Source: Burkholderiales bacterium (GTDB lineage: Bacteria; Pseudomonadota; Gammaproteobacteria; Burkholderiales; SG8-41). Taken from it: a DNA stretch of 26,547 nucleotides. The stretch lies in NCBI GenBank assembly GCA_044346435.1, contig JBIIZE010000001.1, forward strand, positions 1 through 26,547, read 5' to 3'. The translations under genes and the position numbers were made by a program. Positions 25,207 to 26,547 of this stretch are shown here, one piece after another (position 1 is the stretch's first letter; the number at the start of each line of letters is the position of its first letter). The notes beneath the pieces were generated by a model. That model saw nothing but the letters and a program-made list of their open reading frames with translations. It did no database searches and had not been told where the DNA came from.

Positions 25207-26322
25207 TCAGGCATCCACCCGGTATTTTTTCAGTTTACGCGCATCCAGGGACATGCCGATGCCCGGACCCGCAGGCAACTGCAGCATGCCGTTTTTGATC
25301 ACGGGGTCTTCATTGGCGACATGGTCCTTCGCATCGATGAAGCTGGAAAACTCGTGGGCATGCGGCGTGAGGTAGGTACTGGCAAAGTGCGCGGCCGCCA
25401 CGCAGCCGATCTGCATGTCGGCCTGGGTGCCATTGTGGACCGGCGTGTAGTAAGACTGCGCCAGAGCAAGAATCTGCCGAGACCTGGTGTAGCCGGTGCG
25501 CGCGCACTTGATCACCACTGACCGGATCGCTCCCAGCTTGAGTTCGTGCAGCACGTCATCCGGGGTCATGCAGGAGTCGTCACCCGAAATCGGGATGATG
25601 GTACGTTCGGCACAGAAACGTTTGCCGGGGCCGTCACGGGCGGGAATCGGCTCCTCGATCAACGCGACATTGACCTCTTCAAAGTACGGTGAGGTTTCCA
25701 GCAGATCCTGCGAGGAGTAACCCTGATTGCAGTCGATGGTGATCTCGTGATCATCACCGACCAGCTTGCGCAAGGCACGCAGCAGGGTGATGTCGCGCTT
25801 TTTATCGATGCCGCATTTGACCTTCCAGGCCTTGAAGCCGTAACGCTTGATCATGCGCTCGGCCTCGGCCAGCATTTCCTTGTTCGAACCCAGCATCAGC
25901 CGGCGGTTGACCGGCAGCGCCTTGGGCGTGCCGCCGAGCAGCTCGGCACAGGTGATGCCGAGGTGTTTGGCCTGGGCGTCGAATATCGCCATGTCGATCG
26001 CTGACTTGGCCGCCGGGTTGCCGGCGAACTGGTCAAACACCGCCCATACCGCGGTCAGGTCGAATACATTCAGCCCCGTCAGTTTCGGCGCAAGGTGGTC
26101 GCGCACGATGGTGGTGATCGACTGCTGGGTTTCCCCGTAAATCGTCGGCCGCGGCGGCGCATCGGCAATACCCTCGGTGCCGTCGGACAGCGTGACGATG
26201 ATGATGACGTTGTCGATGTCCTTGATTTCGCCACGCGCCCATTTGATGGGTTGCAGCAACGGCACAACGACGGGGATGGCTTCGATGGAGCGGATGGTGA
26301 GCTGGCTGTCTTTGGATTTCAT
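25207..26322 (-). CDS. Mandelate racemase/muconate lactonizing enzyme family (enolase superfamily, MLE subgroup)
   Basis: KxK motif (WKVKCG), metal ligands DCN / EEP / GDD, the sixth-strand Lys (VIK), and the C-terminal LP.GPGIG. Confidence 0.92.
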   Translation of the reverse strand: MKSKDSQLTIRSIEAIPVVVPLLQPIKWARGEIKDIDNVIIIVTLSDGTEGIADAPPRPTIYGETQQSITTIVRDHLAPKLTGLNVFDLTAVWAVFDQFAGNPAAKSAIDMAIFDAQAKHLGITCAELLGGTPKALPVNRRLMLGSNKEMLAEAERMIKRYGFKAWKVKCGIDKKRDITLLRALRKLVGDDHEITIDCNQGYSSQDLLETSPYFEEVNVALIEEPIPARDGPGKRFCAERTIIPISGDDSCMTPDDVLHELKLGAIRSVVIKCARTGYTRSRQILALAQSYYTPVHNGTQADMQIGCVAAAHFASTYLTPHAHEFSSFIDAKDHVANEDPVIKNGMLQLPAGPGIGMSLDARKLKKYRVDA

Positions 26323-26398
26323 TTTGGTTCTTCGGTGTAAACGGAGTAAAGGTGTGCTTTGAACCGTCGGGGCAAGCCTGGCGATTTTGCAGAGATGA

Positions 26399-26545
26399 TC
26401 AGTAGCTCGTCGGCCAGGTGCGCATCAGATGCTGCCCGACGCCATTGCTCATGCGCATGCGATGTATGTCGAGCATACGAATCAACCAGCTGCGGGTGTC
26501 GCGGGGATCAATCACGTCCTGAGCCGTGTAGATCGCGGCCATGTC
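26399..26545 (-). CDS. 3' end of an acyl-CoA carboxylase carboxyltransferase (beta) subunit (partial)
   Basis: The minus strand reads DMAAIYTAQDVIDPRDTRSWLIRMLDIHRMRMSNGVGQHLMRTWPTSY*. D.VIDPRxTR is the typical carboxyltransferase C-terminal motif. Not in the ORF track. Confidence 0.7.
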   Translation of the reverse strand, partial: DMAAIYTAQDVIDPRDTRSWLIRMLDIHRMRMSNGVGQHLMRTWPTSY

Positions 26546-26547
26546 AT

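Noticed and set aside
1-26547. tRNA, rRNA, CRISPR arrays, transposases/integrases, defence or toxin genes
   Set aside because: None seen. Intergenic gaps are all under about 140 bp, and I found no cloverleaf, repeat-spacer periodicity or such protein motifs.

Overview
A gene-dense, GC-rich (roughly 60-65% by eye) bacterial window. It is most consistent with a Betaproteobacterium (Burkholderiales-like), given three Bug/TctC solute-binding proteins, dapE and corA. From 1 to 14271 a co-directional catabolic cluster encodes an atypical SDR, two divergent MmgE/PrpD proteins, an SMP-30 lactonase, an acyl-CoA dehydrogenase, an ADP-forming acyl-CoA ligase, a Bug protein, an ICL/PEP-mutase-family lyase, a gamma-glutamyltransferase and a non-canonical LeuC/LeuD-like hydratase. 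The best finding is a gene the ORF track truncates: an AhpC/TSA (peroxiredoxin-like) redoxin at 6583-7101 with an in-frame TGA at the first redox-Cys position (YRGDW-U-RYC), followed by a bacterial SECIS-like hairpin. It is a probable selenoprotein embedded in the catabolic cluster. The remainder holds corA, an HI0933-like flavoprotein, dapE, a 2-hydroxyacid dehydrogenase, two more Bug proteins, an enoyl-CoA hydratase, membrane proteins, an LpxR-family OM protein, a MliC-like lipoprotein, an enolase-superfamily enzyme and the 3' end of a carboxyltransferase. I saw no tRNA, rRNA, CRISPR array or transposase. All family assignments come from motif recognition by eye, and no database searches were run.
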